Assembly (NCBI RefSeq): GCF_030144855.1
Contig: NW_026778903.1
Coordinates: 434,001-498,000 of the forward strand
DNA length: 64,000 bases
Source of the DNA: Hypanus sabinus
Taxonomy: Eukaryota
Reading direction: 5' to 3'
Positions within the stretch are counted from its first letter, which is position 1, and each line of letters begins with the position of its first letter. Positions 11,694-23,431 of this stretch are shown one piece after another. Under the pieces are notes generated by a model. It did not search any database. It saw nothing but the letters and a program-made list of their open reading frames with translations, and was not told the origin of the DNA. The position numbers and the translations under genes were made by a program.

Positions 11694-12511
11694 TGTTATG
11701 CCTGTGCCCCAACTCTGAGGGGCCGAAGGGTATAAAGTAGACCCCTCCTTTCTGAGAATCGCAAGATCACTATTAATTCAGGTCAGGAGACCCAGGAAAT
11801 GAATCCACAAGGGGTTTGGAATGTCCTAGCCCCTCAGCGATACAAAGCCACGGGAAACGGCCATTGTCTCTTGGAGATGGAATTGTGTAATGAGCACTGT
11901 GCTATTTATTTGTAGCCCTCAGTGAATAAGCAACATGGGCTGGTTGGGGGATGGCATCCTCCCAACCTGATTGACATCTGACCCCGTGAGTAAGGATAAA
12001 AGAGGGTCTGGGGAACAACCTCTTCAGACGCACCAGGAGAAACGCTAGAAATCCCGTGGCAGTGTTTAATAGCAACAGCCGGTGGAGGGCCCACGTGTGT
12101 CCTTTCCCATTGCCCGGGATTGAGGCCTTACCACGGAAGACAGCTTTGCTAAAGAAGAGATCACCACCAACGAAATTTCGAAGGATCGACATCATAAAAA
12201 GGAAAAGCTGGCAAGTTCTAAAAAATCTGTCTTTCTCCAACCAAAGGCTGCAGCCTGAATGAACTTAAGTGACTTTTATAATTTCATAGGACAATACATT
12301 ATCCCCTAGACAACGATAGAGCTATTTCTTATTGATTATTATTATACCCGCGCTTTTAGATTTAGTATTGACGATGTATATTATCTGTATGTTTGCATTG
12401 ATATTATTTTTGTGTATTTTTATCAATAAATACTGTTAAAAATTGTACCATCAGACTTCAACGGACCTCTCTATCTTTGCTGATAAGTGACCCAGTACGG
12501 GGTACGTAACA
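11694..12511 (+). mobile_element. Solo LTR (818 bp) inserted into a SINE
   Basis: TGTTA...TAACA termini, 4-bp TSD CCAG at 11690-11693 and 12512-12515, AATAAA near the 3' end; SINE sequence resumes after it. Confidence 0.85.
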
Positions 12512-12692
12512 CCAGTAATACCCCGATTTAATCCGAGCCTAATAATGGGACTGTTTACAATCACCAGTTAATCTACCAACTGTCTGTGGGAGGAACTGGA
12601 TCACCCGGATGAAACCCACATGGTCATGGGGAGAGAATGCAAACTCCTTACTGGCAGTGGTGGGAATTGAACCTGGTTCGCTGGTGCAGGAA

Positions 12693-12920
12693 TTACTCCC
12701 ATGAGATTGTGGACTGCGTGAAAAGCCCATGCTTAGTATCTGCAGTTGAATGCCTGGAAGCCCGGTTTGACATAACTGACCCAGGGGTGCCCATACACCC
12801 AGGGATCCAGAGTTTTCCCCCATACATCGGACGCCTGGTAGACAAACAATCATTAAATCCAAATGGGAATTGGTTGACCTGGAATGTCACAGAACTATAC
12901 AGGCCCTTCAGATCCTCCTT
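12693..12920 (-). other. Candidate terminal exon, copy X1 (EDLKGLYSSVTFQ...TQSTISWE-stop), with internal compensating frameshifts
   Basis: Paralogous to 14.1, 51.2, 54.0 and 55.0 kb copies with an equivalent stop position. Confidence 0.4.
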
Positions 12921-14095
12921 GCATAGGAGAATTCAACCCCCTCCCATTAATTTTTGGATTGTCAAGGACAAGGATTGACAACAACAGTGCGGTGGATGTT
13001 ATCGACACGCACTTTGGTTAGATCTTTGTTAGGGAGAGCTGGTCCAGGAGCTCTTGAGGTCCAAGGTAAACTAGTTAATTGGTAATCAGAAGTTGGAGGT
13101 AGAGTTGGGAAGTTGCTTTTTTGATTGATGTGTTACTCTGTGATGTATCAAAGGGTAACTTGTGTGATCTGATAATAAATCAGTTGTGTGTGAATGGTGA
13201 AGATATAATTGGTAGGTTTGTGTCAAAGACAAGTTGATGGTCTTGTGGAGAGTGAGGAAAGTTGGCTTGGATACAGATCGGATGGAGGATTGTGCAGAGA
13301 GGGGCAGATGGAGTTTAATACAAAGGAGGGCAAGGTGATGTGTTCTGCCATGAAGGAATGGGAGAGTGGTCTCAATGAGCCGAATGGCCTAATCCTGTCC
13401 CTATCTATTATGGGCTAAATGTAGAAAATAGAGTATGTGTGTGTGCACGTGAGTGTGTGCATGTGTGACACAACTGTTTGGTCAATCTCCTTCCCTGTTT
13501 GGTAGATGCTCCCCTTGTTCACTGCCTGACACTTCATGCGTTCCTCCTGTTGTACTCCGAGAATTGTTGGAACTGAAAGTGCACGGTGCTGTGTCACACT
13601 CTGATTTATTCTAAACCTTCAGCAGTGCACGAACGGCATTGGGACGACATCCTTCTGATTTCGAGACGGGACAGAATGTCGATGGCAAACTGCCTGTTAT
13701 GCTTATATTAGTAGTAAAACAGTGAATACATTTCAATAATGAGCACAACATTCTTTAAGGAAAAAGTACATATTTATTGTTATAAATTAATCATAAACTG
13801 CTCAAAATTACAATGGCACACGCGAGAGTTCGCTTTAGAAGATCGTTGCCCATTTAGGCACACGTGATCAAAAAAGTATAAAAGATATTATTCCTAATCT
13901 GTTTCCACAGTCCTTCAATCCAGATTGAATACTTTAATTTAATAATGTATTGTCATAAATACAAGAATAATTTATAACCATAAATACTAAAATTCATACT
14001 TATAACACTGAGCCCTCTCACACCAGGGGTCAGTTTTGTTCACAGCCAATAAAACTACCTCCATCACTCCCACATATTTGGGAAAGAGGCAGGAA

Positions 14096-14312
14096 TTACT
14101 TCCAAGAGATCCTGGACTGGACTGTGGAAATCCCACACCTGGGCTTGCAGAACTGACCCAGAGCTGCATACCCACCCAGGGGTCTGTAGATTCTCTTATA
14201 CATGGCACATCCTGGGAGATGTGCAATTTACAAGGGACAACGGTGGATCTGACTGGCTTTTGGCTGGGAAAGTCACAGAATTTTCCGGATACAGGCACTT
14301 CAGCTCATCTTT
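14096..14312 (-). pseudogene. Candidate terminal exon, copy Y1, frameshifted
   Basis: Close paralog of 53980-54188; DELKCLYPENSVTFPAK then a premature TAA; followed by an AT-rich tract with AATAAA near 13782. Confidence 0.4.
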
Positions 14313-15144
14313 GTAGAGTTAATTCCTGTGCATCTAATTTGCCTGGATTTTTTCAAGGTGGTCAATAAAAGGATCGATAAGGGCAGTGAGGTAGATGTTA
14401 TCTACCTACACTTTAGTAAGATCTTTGATATGAAGGACTGGTCTGGAAGGCACTTGGAGTCCAAAGTGAGCCAGATAATTGGATCCAACATCGGCTGGTG
14501 ATCAGAGTTCGATGGTAGTGATGGGAAGATACTTTTCTGATTGATGTCTGACCTGTGGTTGACCAGAGGGTACCAAATGTGTGATTTGTTACCAACTGAG
14601 TTGTAAAGGGTGCTGGTATGTTTATCAGGCATGTGCTAAGACAAGTTGGTGGTGCTGTGAAGGGTGATGAAGTTTGTCAAGAATTCACCTTCATCGTAGA
14701 AGAGAATTACAAGGATGAAAGGTGTCTTTCATTATGCTGGCAGCTTCCCTGAGGCAGGGGGAGTGTAGACAGTGTTTTCAAATGGAAATTTAATTCCGTG
14801 TCTACCTTCCCCCCCCCCCCCCCCCCACAGATGCTGTCTGACCTGCTGAGAGTTTCCATCATTTCCAATCTCCATCCCCCACTCCCTCACTCTGGGGTGA
14901 ACACTTTAATATAACAATAACATATTGTCACAACTACAAGACAAGTACAATAAATACGTACAACACTGACCCCTCTCACAGCAGGCAGGGTATTTGGTGT
15001 TCAATCCCAGAACACCAAATTCATCATTTCACAAATGTGACTGAGACTTTTGAAGAGCTAACGAAGATGATCAAAGCAGTAAATATGGTCTGGATGGACT
15101 TTAGCAAAGACTTTGACCAGGTTCTGCATGGTAGCAACACCCAC

Positions 15145-16130
15145 AAAATGCTGGTGGAACGCAGCAGGCCAGGCAGCATCTATAAGGAGAAGCACTGTCG
15201 ACGTTTCGGGCTGAGGCCCTTCGTCAGGACTAACCGAAAGGAAAGATAGTAAGGGATATGATAGGGGGAGGGGGAATCCAAAACGATAGGAGAAGACAGG
15301 AGGAGGGTAAAGCTAAGAGCTGGAAAGGTGATTGGCAAATGGGATACAGAGCTGGAGAGGGAAAGGATCATGGGAAAACACACAACACGCTGGAGGAACT
15401 CAGGTCAGGCATTATCCATGGAAACGAACAGTCAACGTTTCGGGCTGAGACCCTTCGTCAGGACTGAAGGGGGAGCGGGCAGGGGCCCCATAAAGAAGAT
15501 GGGGGGAGGGTGGGAAGGAGAAGCTGGTAAGTGCTGGGTGAAAACCCAGCAAGAGGAAAGATTAAGGGGTGGGGGAGGGGATAGGTAGGAAAGCTGAAGA
15601 AGGAATGTAAGGGGAAAGCACTATGTGTGGTAGACGAAGGCAGAATCGTGAGAGAGGTAATAGACAGCTGGAGGAGGAGGCAGGGTGAAACGGATGGGAG
15701 AAAGAGAGAGGGAGGGAATTACCTGAAATTGGAGAATTCAGGGGACGGGAGGCCTAGGGAGAGAGAAAGAGGAAGGGGAGCTCAAGAGAGAGATGGAGAA
15801 CAGCAAGGACTGATTGCGAGAGGGGCAGAGAGAGAGAGAGAGAGAGAGAGAAAAAAGGAAAATAAATATGTCAGGGATGGGGTAAGAAGGAAAGGAGGTG
15901 CATTATCGGAAGTTAGAGAAATTAATGTTCATGCCATCAGGGTGGAGGTTGATCAAACACCTTTCCAGCTCTTAGCTTCATTCCTCCCCCTCCCACTTTC
16001 ATATTCCTTACTATCTTTTCTTTCAGTTAGTCCTGACGAAGGGTCTCGGCCTGAACCGTCGACAGTGCTTCTCCCAATAGATGCTGCCTGGCCTGCTGTG
16101 TTCCACCAGCATTTTGTGTGTGTTGCTAGG
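15145..16130. mobile_element. Penelope-like retroelement 3' ends: two minus-strand copies and one plus-strand copy forming an inverted pair
   Basis: Same 3' sequence as the GIY-YIG element at 62 kb; 15145-15255 is the reverse complement of 16005-16125. Confidence 0.8.
15197..15230 (-). ncRNA. Minimal hammerhead ribozyme motif of Penelope type
   Basis: GTC-CTGACGA-A-GGGC ctca GCCC-GAAACGTC-GAC: catalytic core, stem II, palindromic ACGT helix III and a 3-bp stem I. Confidence 0.6.
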
Positions 16131-16289
16131 TGGGATCTAGATGGGCGGGATTACCTGAACAGCCAATAGGAAGCTCGCTTAAATCCCGCCTCAGCCCCTC
16201 CCCGCATCCCAGCCGCTCTGGTTGATACACGAACTGTGAGGTATTTTATCATTGAGCTGACAGGCGTCCAAGACGCACTTCAAATCAAG

Positions 16290-16640
16290 ACACTTTTAAA
16301 AATACATAGTAAAAATGAGACAACGTTTTTCCAGGACCATGATGTTACTTGACGCAGTACACAAACTAAACTGAACTACGTAAAAAGAAACAACACAAGG
16401 GGTAAAAAAAAAACTACACTAGACTACAGAGCTTCCCAGGACTTCATAAAGTGCACAAAACAGTGCAGGCATTACAATAAATAATAAACAAGACAGTAGG
16501 GCAAGGTGTCAGTCCAGGTTTCGGGTATTGAGGAGTCTGATAGCTTGGGGGAAGAAAGTGTTACATAGTCTGGTCGTGAGAGCCCGAATGCTTCAGTGGC
16601 TTTTCCCAGATGGCAGGAAGGAGAAGAGTTTGTATGATGG
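16290..16640 (-). mobile_element. Rex1/Babar-like LINE 3' end
   Basis: Matches 8900-9250 (ggggagtctgatagcttgggg, ttcccagatggcagg). Confidence 0.7.
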
Positions 16641-17049
16641 GGTCCCCTGTTCGCGGTTCAGTATACATGAACAGAGATACGGAGTAATAGATCAGAATCT
16701 CTCTGCACCTTATCGACCTCTGGTGCTGCCGGACCAGAGGGTGGAGAGGTTGAGTTGCCAAATCGTGCCGATTTTTTTCGATTAGTGAAGGATTTTACTC
16801 TCAGAGGAAGTCTGGACAGTCCCGTTTCTCGTATAAACCCGACCCTGGCCCAGCACAGTTTCCCGGCCCACAGACCCTTTCTCTCCCACCGCCCCACCCC
16901 GCCAATCCCTGTGTGTGAAGCGTCGCCGGTACTGGTATCTGTCCCCGTCGCTGACCCGACCCGACCCATCACAACGTCCCCGTCTCGGCAACAACGGTCC
17001 GGTAGTATCCACCAGCACAGCCCCACCGTCACGATCCCGGGACCTTTAC

Positions 17050-17111
17050 CTGAGGGTATTCAGTTGTGGGATGATGCCGGGCCCGAAGGGAGCAGCCGCT
17101 CCAAACCGCAT
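17050..17111 (-). CDS. Orphan intact paralog of gene A/B exon 1: MRFGAAAPFGPGIIPQLNTL(R)
   Basis: 62 nt, phase 2, ccctcag|gtaaag donor as in gene A exon 1; TTTAAA and CCAAT upstream. Confidence 0.5.
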
Positions 17112-17884
17112 CACTGCCGCTGTGGTGAGGCGCCGGCTGATCTGATGCATTTAAAGAGGCTCTGAAGCACAACTGACACTGCTGATTGGTACAGCTTGTT
17201 GTATTCCTGATTACCGTCACCAACTTTAGGGCTCGTGGGCGTAAAAAACTGTATTTCATGTTTCCCACTGTGCACTGATGACCCGCACTTAACAAATCCG
17301 GGGACTACTCACCTCTGCCATCTGATTTCTAAATTGACTTTGAACCCATGCAATTTTATTATTTCTGTTTTTGTGCTTTTTTCATGTAAATATTCAACAT
17401 ACATATATGAAGTTGCTGTAATTTATTTATTTATTTTTCTATATTTTAACACGCATTACTTTGTACTTCTGCCGCGAAGTTAACAGATTTCACGACGGAT
17501 GCGGGTAAATTTAAAACTGATCCTGATTCTGACTTTACTCTCCTCGTTAGTTTTCAATCACTGACACATCTTACTGAGCTTGTTTAACTTTGCCTTCTTT
17601 ACCGCACTATCAATCGTCTGGAAAGTGGTCTCCATATGCCATTTCTCTACCCGTGTCTGCATCCCGCTCTGTCCTTTGCCAGACTTGTACACTACTCACA
17701 ACACCAGTCTACAAACCACCCAGCTATATTCTCCTCCAAGATATTTCTATTATCACCAACAGTGTATGACCCAGACAGATCCCCACGGAATACCAGTACA
17801 CATGGGTCTCCTGCCTCCACTCTGACTTCTATGAGACCAAATGGCTAAATTCACTGTGGATCCCATGCATCTTAGTCTTCTGGA

Positions 17885-17961
17885 GAGGGGGGGGAGAGAG
17901 AGAGAGAGAGATAGAGGGAGGGAGGAGGAGGGGGTGAGAGAGAGGAAGGGAGGGGGAGGGG

Positions 17962-17993
<32 letters not shown>

Positions 17994-18025
17994 CCGTCGG
18001 TGTGTGAGTGAGAGGGAGAGAGAGG
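17885..18025. repeat. GA-rich microsatellite / low-complexity tract
   Basis: (GA)n runs interrupted by G-rich stretches. Confidence 0.9.
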
Positions 18026-18191
18026 ACAGTCAAACTCCAGCCTCGGCTCAGCACAGTTTCCAGACACAGACGCTTCGCCCTAGCCTACCCTCACCCCAAC
18101 GGGACTCCCGCTCCAGGACCCCCACTTCGGCAGTCTCCGGCCGCTGCTGTCGGAAAGACAAACCTCACCATCCCGATCCCGGGATCGTTAC

Positions 18192-18222
18192 CTAAGGGTA
18201 TATCGCTGTGGAATGACGCCAT
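18192..18222 (-). other. Orphan exon-1-like module MASFHSDIPL(G), phase 1
   Basis: ttgtccgcctggcgaATG context matches gene B exon 1 (ttgtccgcccggagaATG); donor ttag|gtaacg; downstream intron matches 6150-6240. Confidence 0.45.
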
Positions 18223-18249
18223 TCGCCAGGCGGACAATCTAGACAGTCA

Positions 18250-19010
18250 GCCCCTTTATTTCCACTCTTTCCTTCCTGCCATGAATCTAATATCCTATCC
18301 AAGCAAGTATCCTTCCTGTAATACCATGGGCTCTTAACTTGTTAAACTGTCTCATGTGCAACACCTTGTCAAAGAGCTTCTGAAAATCCAAATAAACAAA
18401 ATGGATTGACTGTCCTTTATCTGTACCGTCAGTCATCTCCTCAAGGAATTCCATGGATTTGTAGGCAAGGTTTCCTCTGATGGAAGTGATGCAGATTTTG
18501 GCCTATTTAATCATGTGGATCCAAGTACCCTGAAGCTCATCCTTAGTAATGGACTCCAACATCTTCCCAACTACTAAAGCAGGCTAAATGGCCTACAATT
18601 TCCTTTCTTCTCCCTCTATCCCTTCTTAAGTAGTGGAGTGACATCAGTCCCGAGGACCCGTTCCAGACTGTAGTGATTCTTGAAATGCCTCCACAGTCTC
18701 TTCACAGCCTCGTTCAGAATCCTGGAGTGTTGGCAGTCCATCCGGGTGCAGGTGACCTTTCTACTTTCAGACCTGTCAGTTCTCCAAACACCACCTTCCT
18801 CCCTCGTAATGGCAACGTCACTCATTCTGCCCCCTGACACTCTCGCATTTCTGGCATTCTGCTATTGTCTTCTAAAGAGAAGAATGAAGGAAAATACTGT
18901 TTACTTCTTCCACCATATTTTGTCCCCATTACTACCTCTCCAGTGACATTTTCCACCGTCTGATATTAACTGTCACCTCTCTTGTAAATTGGGAAAAACA
19001 GTTTGTACCC
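18250..19010 (-). mobile_element. CR1-type LINE RT fragments
   Basis: Degenerate DVTPLLKKG / RPFSLL and DFQKLFDKV-like motifs on the minus strand. Confidence 0.65.
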
Positions 19011-19223
19011 TCTTGCATATTATTGGCGAGCTTCCCTTCATATTTCATCTTGCTCAGAACCCATGTTTTTTTTTTGCTGCCTTCTGTGGGTTTTTAAAGC
19101 TTTTTAAAAGTATCTGAACAAACTATAACTTTGCAAGGACAGATTTCCTCCATCCACTATAAGCTCAAAACGATGGCAATCAGTTCTGCATTATACACTG
19201 ATAAATAGTTAGTAAGGCATTTC

Positions 19224-19240
19224 TTTATTGTTACTTTATT
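19224..19240 (-). terminator. Tandem AATAAA polyadenylation signals, probably for the multi-V receptor gene
   Basis: tttatt at 19224-19229 and 19235-19240, about 670 nt past the stop at 19910. Confidence 0.5.
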
Positions 19241-19909
19241 GTAAATCAGGCACAAATACAGCCACACCCACATTCCCTGTTAAATTATCTTTTGATCCAT
19301 CAGTAAAAATGGTTAACGTATCACAATAATTTGCATTAACATACTGATGAACCAACAGACTCTTGGGCATATCAGGATCCTTGGATTTCTTTGAATCATG
19401 CAACTAAAATCAACTAAATGCATTGGAAAAGATCATGGTGGGTTAACGAAACAACATCAGTGGGACAAATTACATAATCTAGCAAACCCGTATTCCTAAC
19501 GTGATGAGAACCCAGCCAGCCAGAAATAAAAACACACTTTTCCTGATGTTCCCAACAGTCTTGCAACAAACTTTTATCAGGGTGATCATTCCTCTGCTCC
19601 CTCAAGTTAACCCAGTATTTTAACAACAACTTCGTTTTCCGTAAGGGTAAGGATTCTCTGCGAAACAGACTATTTCCTGATCTCACACAGACAGGCATCA
19701 AGTATTGCTGGAAGATGATCAGCTCCATGAAGGATGTCCTTTGGTCTGTCGGGAATCTGTTGGTCTCTCCTGACAGTGAGATGTCGTTGGGAGAAAGTTG
19801 GTGATTGGCACAGTCCAGGCTGCAGGAGGACGGACTAAGGAAGTGTCCCGGGTCCGCCAGCAGTGCTCCGCCACTGTCTCCGTCCCTTCAGAGTCCGCAC
19901 ATTACGGAA

Positions 19910-20031
19910 CTAAACTGGGTGCGCTGGTTCGCTCTTGCTCTTTGGGAGCCGATACGCGATGGTCAGGAATAGCAGTGCGAGCGCCTTCAGGCTGAGCAGG
20001 ATGTAAAGAGGCAGTGGCTCCAGGGGAGAAC
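19910..20031 (-). CDS. Multi-V receptor: TM and short cytoplasmic exon GSPLEPLPLYILLSLKALALLFLTIAYRLPKSKSEPAHPV-stop, Lys in the TM
   Basis: atttactctcag acceptor, phase 1, 122 nt; hydrophobic run containing K; short basic tail without Tyr motifs. Confidence 0.85.
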
Positions 20032-20281
20032 CTGAGAGTAAATCGGAGTTCAGAGTGAGACGGTTCACCGAGGCGAGGTAGGGATGGGATGTATTCCGAG
20101 GGTTCAGGGGTTTATGTATAGAATCACATTGCTGGGAGTGGACCACAGGCTGGGATCTAATCCGAGCGTTCAGCGGGATAATATATATGAAATAACAGAA
20201 CTGGACATGCGGTCCAATCCCAGGAGGAATCAGGGAAGCGGCGGTGGAAAGTGAACCAGGGGAGAGATACCGGAGACTCAC

Positions 20282-20641
20282 CTCGTACCAGGAGCACGGT
20301 CCCGTTCCCTCGGAGCAGCAGCTGCCGGTCGGGAAGGTGAACGGACGCCAGGCAGCGGTAGGTGTTGGAGTGGCTCGGGCGGAGGTGCCGTAGTTGGAGG
20401 GAGAGTCCCGCGCCGATCTCACTCTCAGGTAGGGCGGCTTCCTGCTGGGATTCCTTGGGGGGCGGGTAGACGACACGTTCCTCTTCCCCCTCCCCCGTCC
20501 CGCCGATCACCCAGTAGGGGTAGATTATCACCCGGGGTTCCGTCAGCCCCAGAACTTCGCAGTGCAGCGTCACGTTGGAGCCACTAGGGACCTCCAACCT
20601 CCGAGGCCACTGGGACACGTGGAGGGTGGCGAGGGAGCTGT
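20282..20641 (-). CDS. Ig V(J)-type exon V1 (NKp30/NCR3-like)
   Basis: tgttacag acceptor, gtgagt donor, 360 nt, phase 1/1; VSQWP, LHC, YPYW, LSLQL, TYRC and J-like GNGTVLLV. Confidence 0.92.
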
Positions 20642-21892
20642 CTGTAACATGGTGAGGGAGGGAGAATGGTGAGGGTGCGTCTGTAACATGGTGAGGGAGG
20701 GAGAATGGGGAGGGTGCGTCTGTAACATAGTGAGGGAGCGTTTGTAACACAGAGCGATGGAGAGAGTGAAGTGGATGAGGGAGTTTCTGTAACACAGCTA
20801 GTGAGGGAGCGACTGTAACACGGAGGGAGAGAGGAGTGAAGGAACGTCTGTACACTAGAAGAGGATAGGAGGGGCAGAGATTAAATGTGGCGTGATGTTA
20901 AACTATAAAGAAAGAGTGAAACATGATTCTTTCTTGGTTTGTGTCAAAATAAAAAGGAAGTCTGCCAGACAACATGGTGTGAACCCAGAGTGGAACGGAT
21001 TTGAGAAAGTGGATTGAGTACAAGACTCCAGCCTGTTGAGTAGATCATGATGAATAAAAGTTTGTGTCGGGAAGGCAAGGCCTTTGTCCAGGTACCAAAG
21101 AGTGACCCATCAGGGTGAGTTCTGGAGTAAGAGTTATGTTAGAGTTCCAAAGGGATATTGAAGGGTATAAATACGGGTAAAATTTTGTGTAAGTCGGGAG
21201 AAATTTCCAGCAGACCACGTTACGACCAGCGATAATGGTAGAAGTTGGGGAAGATAGAGACAAGGACGTCGTGTGAGAGAGGAAAAGAATTTAAAGATTG
21301 AGGGATCTGTGATTCCTTCACGCATCTGCAGATCAGCTCGTTCAGAGGACGGGAAGTGTTTTGTTTTCGCTACATCATTAACCTTTTGTTTTCGTTTTTG
21401 TATTGCATGGTTATAAAAAACTAATAAAACAATTCGTTGTAGTTTAACACGTGTACAGTTGTCCCCTTTGTTTGTCAATACAGACCCGAATGCCTATTGC
21501 TGAATCGGTAAAGAACACGGAACGAAATTTCAAACAATTATCGTCAGGCAAACACAGCCCAAAATCGGGCAAACTCTGCCTAACCCTCCCACTTCTCCCC
21601 GTGTCCTTCCTCCCATTCAACCCGTGTCCATGACATTTCCCTTCCCTGCCCTCCACAGGCGTCCCCTCCTCCCTCTCTCCCACCGCGATTCTCCAGCTCC
21701 CTCATCCCCTCAGACTTGCACAATTCATCCAAAGATACATAGATGTACTGCCCATGATCCGGTTAGAGACTGGGATCTAACCCAGCAAGTCAGGAAAATT
21801 ATACATATTAAAACTGAACAGGATATTGGATTGGATCCCAGTAGGCAATCGGGAATCCGCGGGGATTAAGGGCAGTGGGACCGGAGACTCAC

Positions 21893-22252
21893 CTCGTACC
21901 AGGAGCACGGTCCCGTTCCCTCGGAGCAGCAGCTGCCGGTCGGGAAGATGAACGGACGCCAGACAGCGGTAGGTGTTGGAGTGGCTCGGGCGGAGGTGCC
22001 GGAGTTGGAGGGAGAGTCCCGCGCCGATCTCACTCTCAGGTAGGGCGGCTTCCTGCTGGGATTCCTTGGGCGGCGGGTAGACGACACGTTCCTCTTCCCC
22101 CTCCCCCGTCCCGCCGATCACCCAGTAGGGGTAGATTATCACCCGGGGTTCCGTCAGCCCCAGAACTTCGCAGTGCAGCGTCACGTTGGAGCCACTCGGG
22201 ACCTCCAACCTCTGAGGCCACTGGGACGCGTAGAGGGTGGCGACGGAGCTGT
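21893..22252 (-). CDS. Ig V(J)-type exon V2
   Basis: 360 nt, intact frame and splice sites; N-terminus DSSVATLYASQWPQR. Confidence 0.92.
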
Positions 22253-23431
22253 CTGTAACACAGTGAGGGAGGGAGAATGGTGAATGAGCGCCTGTAACAC
22301 ATGAAGCGAGGTAGTGAGGGTGCGTCTGTAACACAGGGAGCGAAGGACAGTGTTAGTGAAGGACTGTCTGTACACAGGAAAGAGGAATGGAGGGGCAGAG
22401 ATGAAACGTTATGTGATATCAAATTGTAAGGCAAGAATTAAACACGATTCGTCCTATGGTATGTGCTAAAATAAAAAGGAAGTCTGCCAGACAACATGGT
22501 GTTAACCCGGAGTGGAACTGATTTGAGAAAGTGGATTAAGTACAAGTCTCCAGCATGGAGCGTAGATCATGATTAATAAATGTTTGTGTCGGGAAGGCGA
22601 GGACTTTGTCCAGGTCACAAATAGTGACCCCTCAGGGAGAGTTCTGGGGTAACGGTTATGTTAGAGCTTTAAATGGATATTGAAAGGTATAAATACGGGT
22701 AAATCTTTGAGAAAGTCGGGAGAATTTTCCACCAGACCACGTTGCGACCAGTAATAATGCTAAGAGTTGGGGCAAATAGAGACAAGTAAGTCGAGTGAGA
22801 GAGAGAAAGAGAGGGAGATGGAAGTTTGTGGGATCTGTGATTCCTTCCCGCATCTGCAGATCAGCTCGATCAGTGGACGCGAAGTGTTTGTTTTTCGCGA
22901 CATCCTTAACCCTTGGTTTTCCTTTTTATATTGCATGGTTATACAACACAAATAAAACAATTTGTTGTAGTTAAAAACGTGTACAGTTGTCCCCTTTGTT
23001 TGTCAATACAGACCCGAATGCCTATTGCTGAATCAGTAAAGAACACGGAACGAACTTTCAAACAATTATCGTCAGGCAAACACAGCTCAAAATCGGGCAA
23101 ACTCTGCCTAACCCTCCCACTTCTCCCCATGTCCTTCCACCCATTCAACCCGTGTCCATGACATTTCCCTTCACTGCCCTCCACAGGCGTCCCCTCCGCC
23201 CTCTCTCCCACCGCGATTCTCCAGCTCCCTCATCCCCTCAGACTTGCACAATTCATCGAAAGATACACAGATGTACTGCCCATGATCCGGTTAGAGACTG
23301 GGATCTAACCCAGCAAGTCAGGAAAATTATATATATTAAAGCGGAACAGGATATTGGATTGGATCCCAGTAGGCAATCGGGAATCCGCGGGCAGCTAGTG
23401 GGGATTAAGGGCAGTGGGACCGGAGACTCAC

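Noticed and set aside
19414-19728. 104-aa ORF downstream of the TM exon as a possible extra cytoplasmic exon
   Set aside because: No donor was found before the TM exon's stop codon; the ORF lies in the presumed 3' UTR ahead of the AATAAA pair.
21451-21869. Recurrent intronic ORFs MYSCPLCLS..., MSMTFPFPAL... and MGEREEG...
   Set aside because: Short, variable in length between units, without splice context or domain features; products of the tandem repeat.
21875-22258. Recurrent plus-strand ORF MGPETHLVPG... and alternate-frame ORFs (MSSTRPPRNP..., ...GGPEWLQRDAA...) in each unit
   Set aside because: Shadows of the GC-rich V exon in other frames; they recur only because the exon is repeated.
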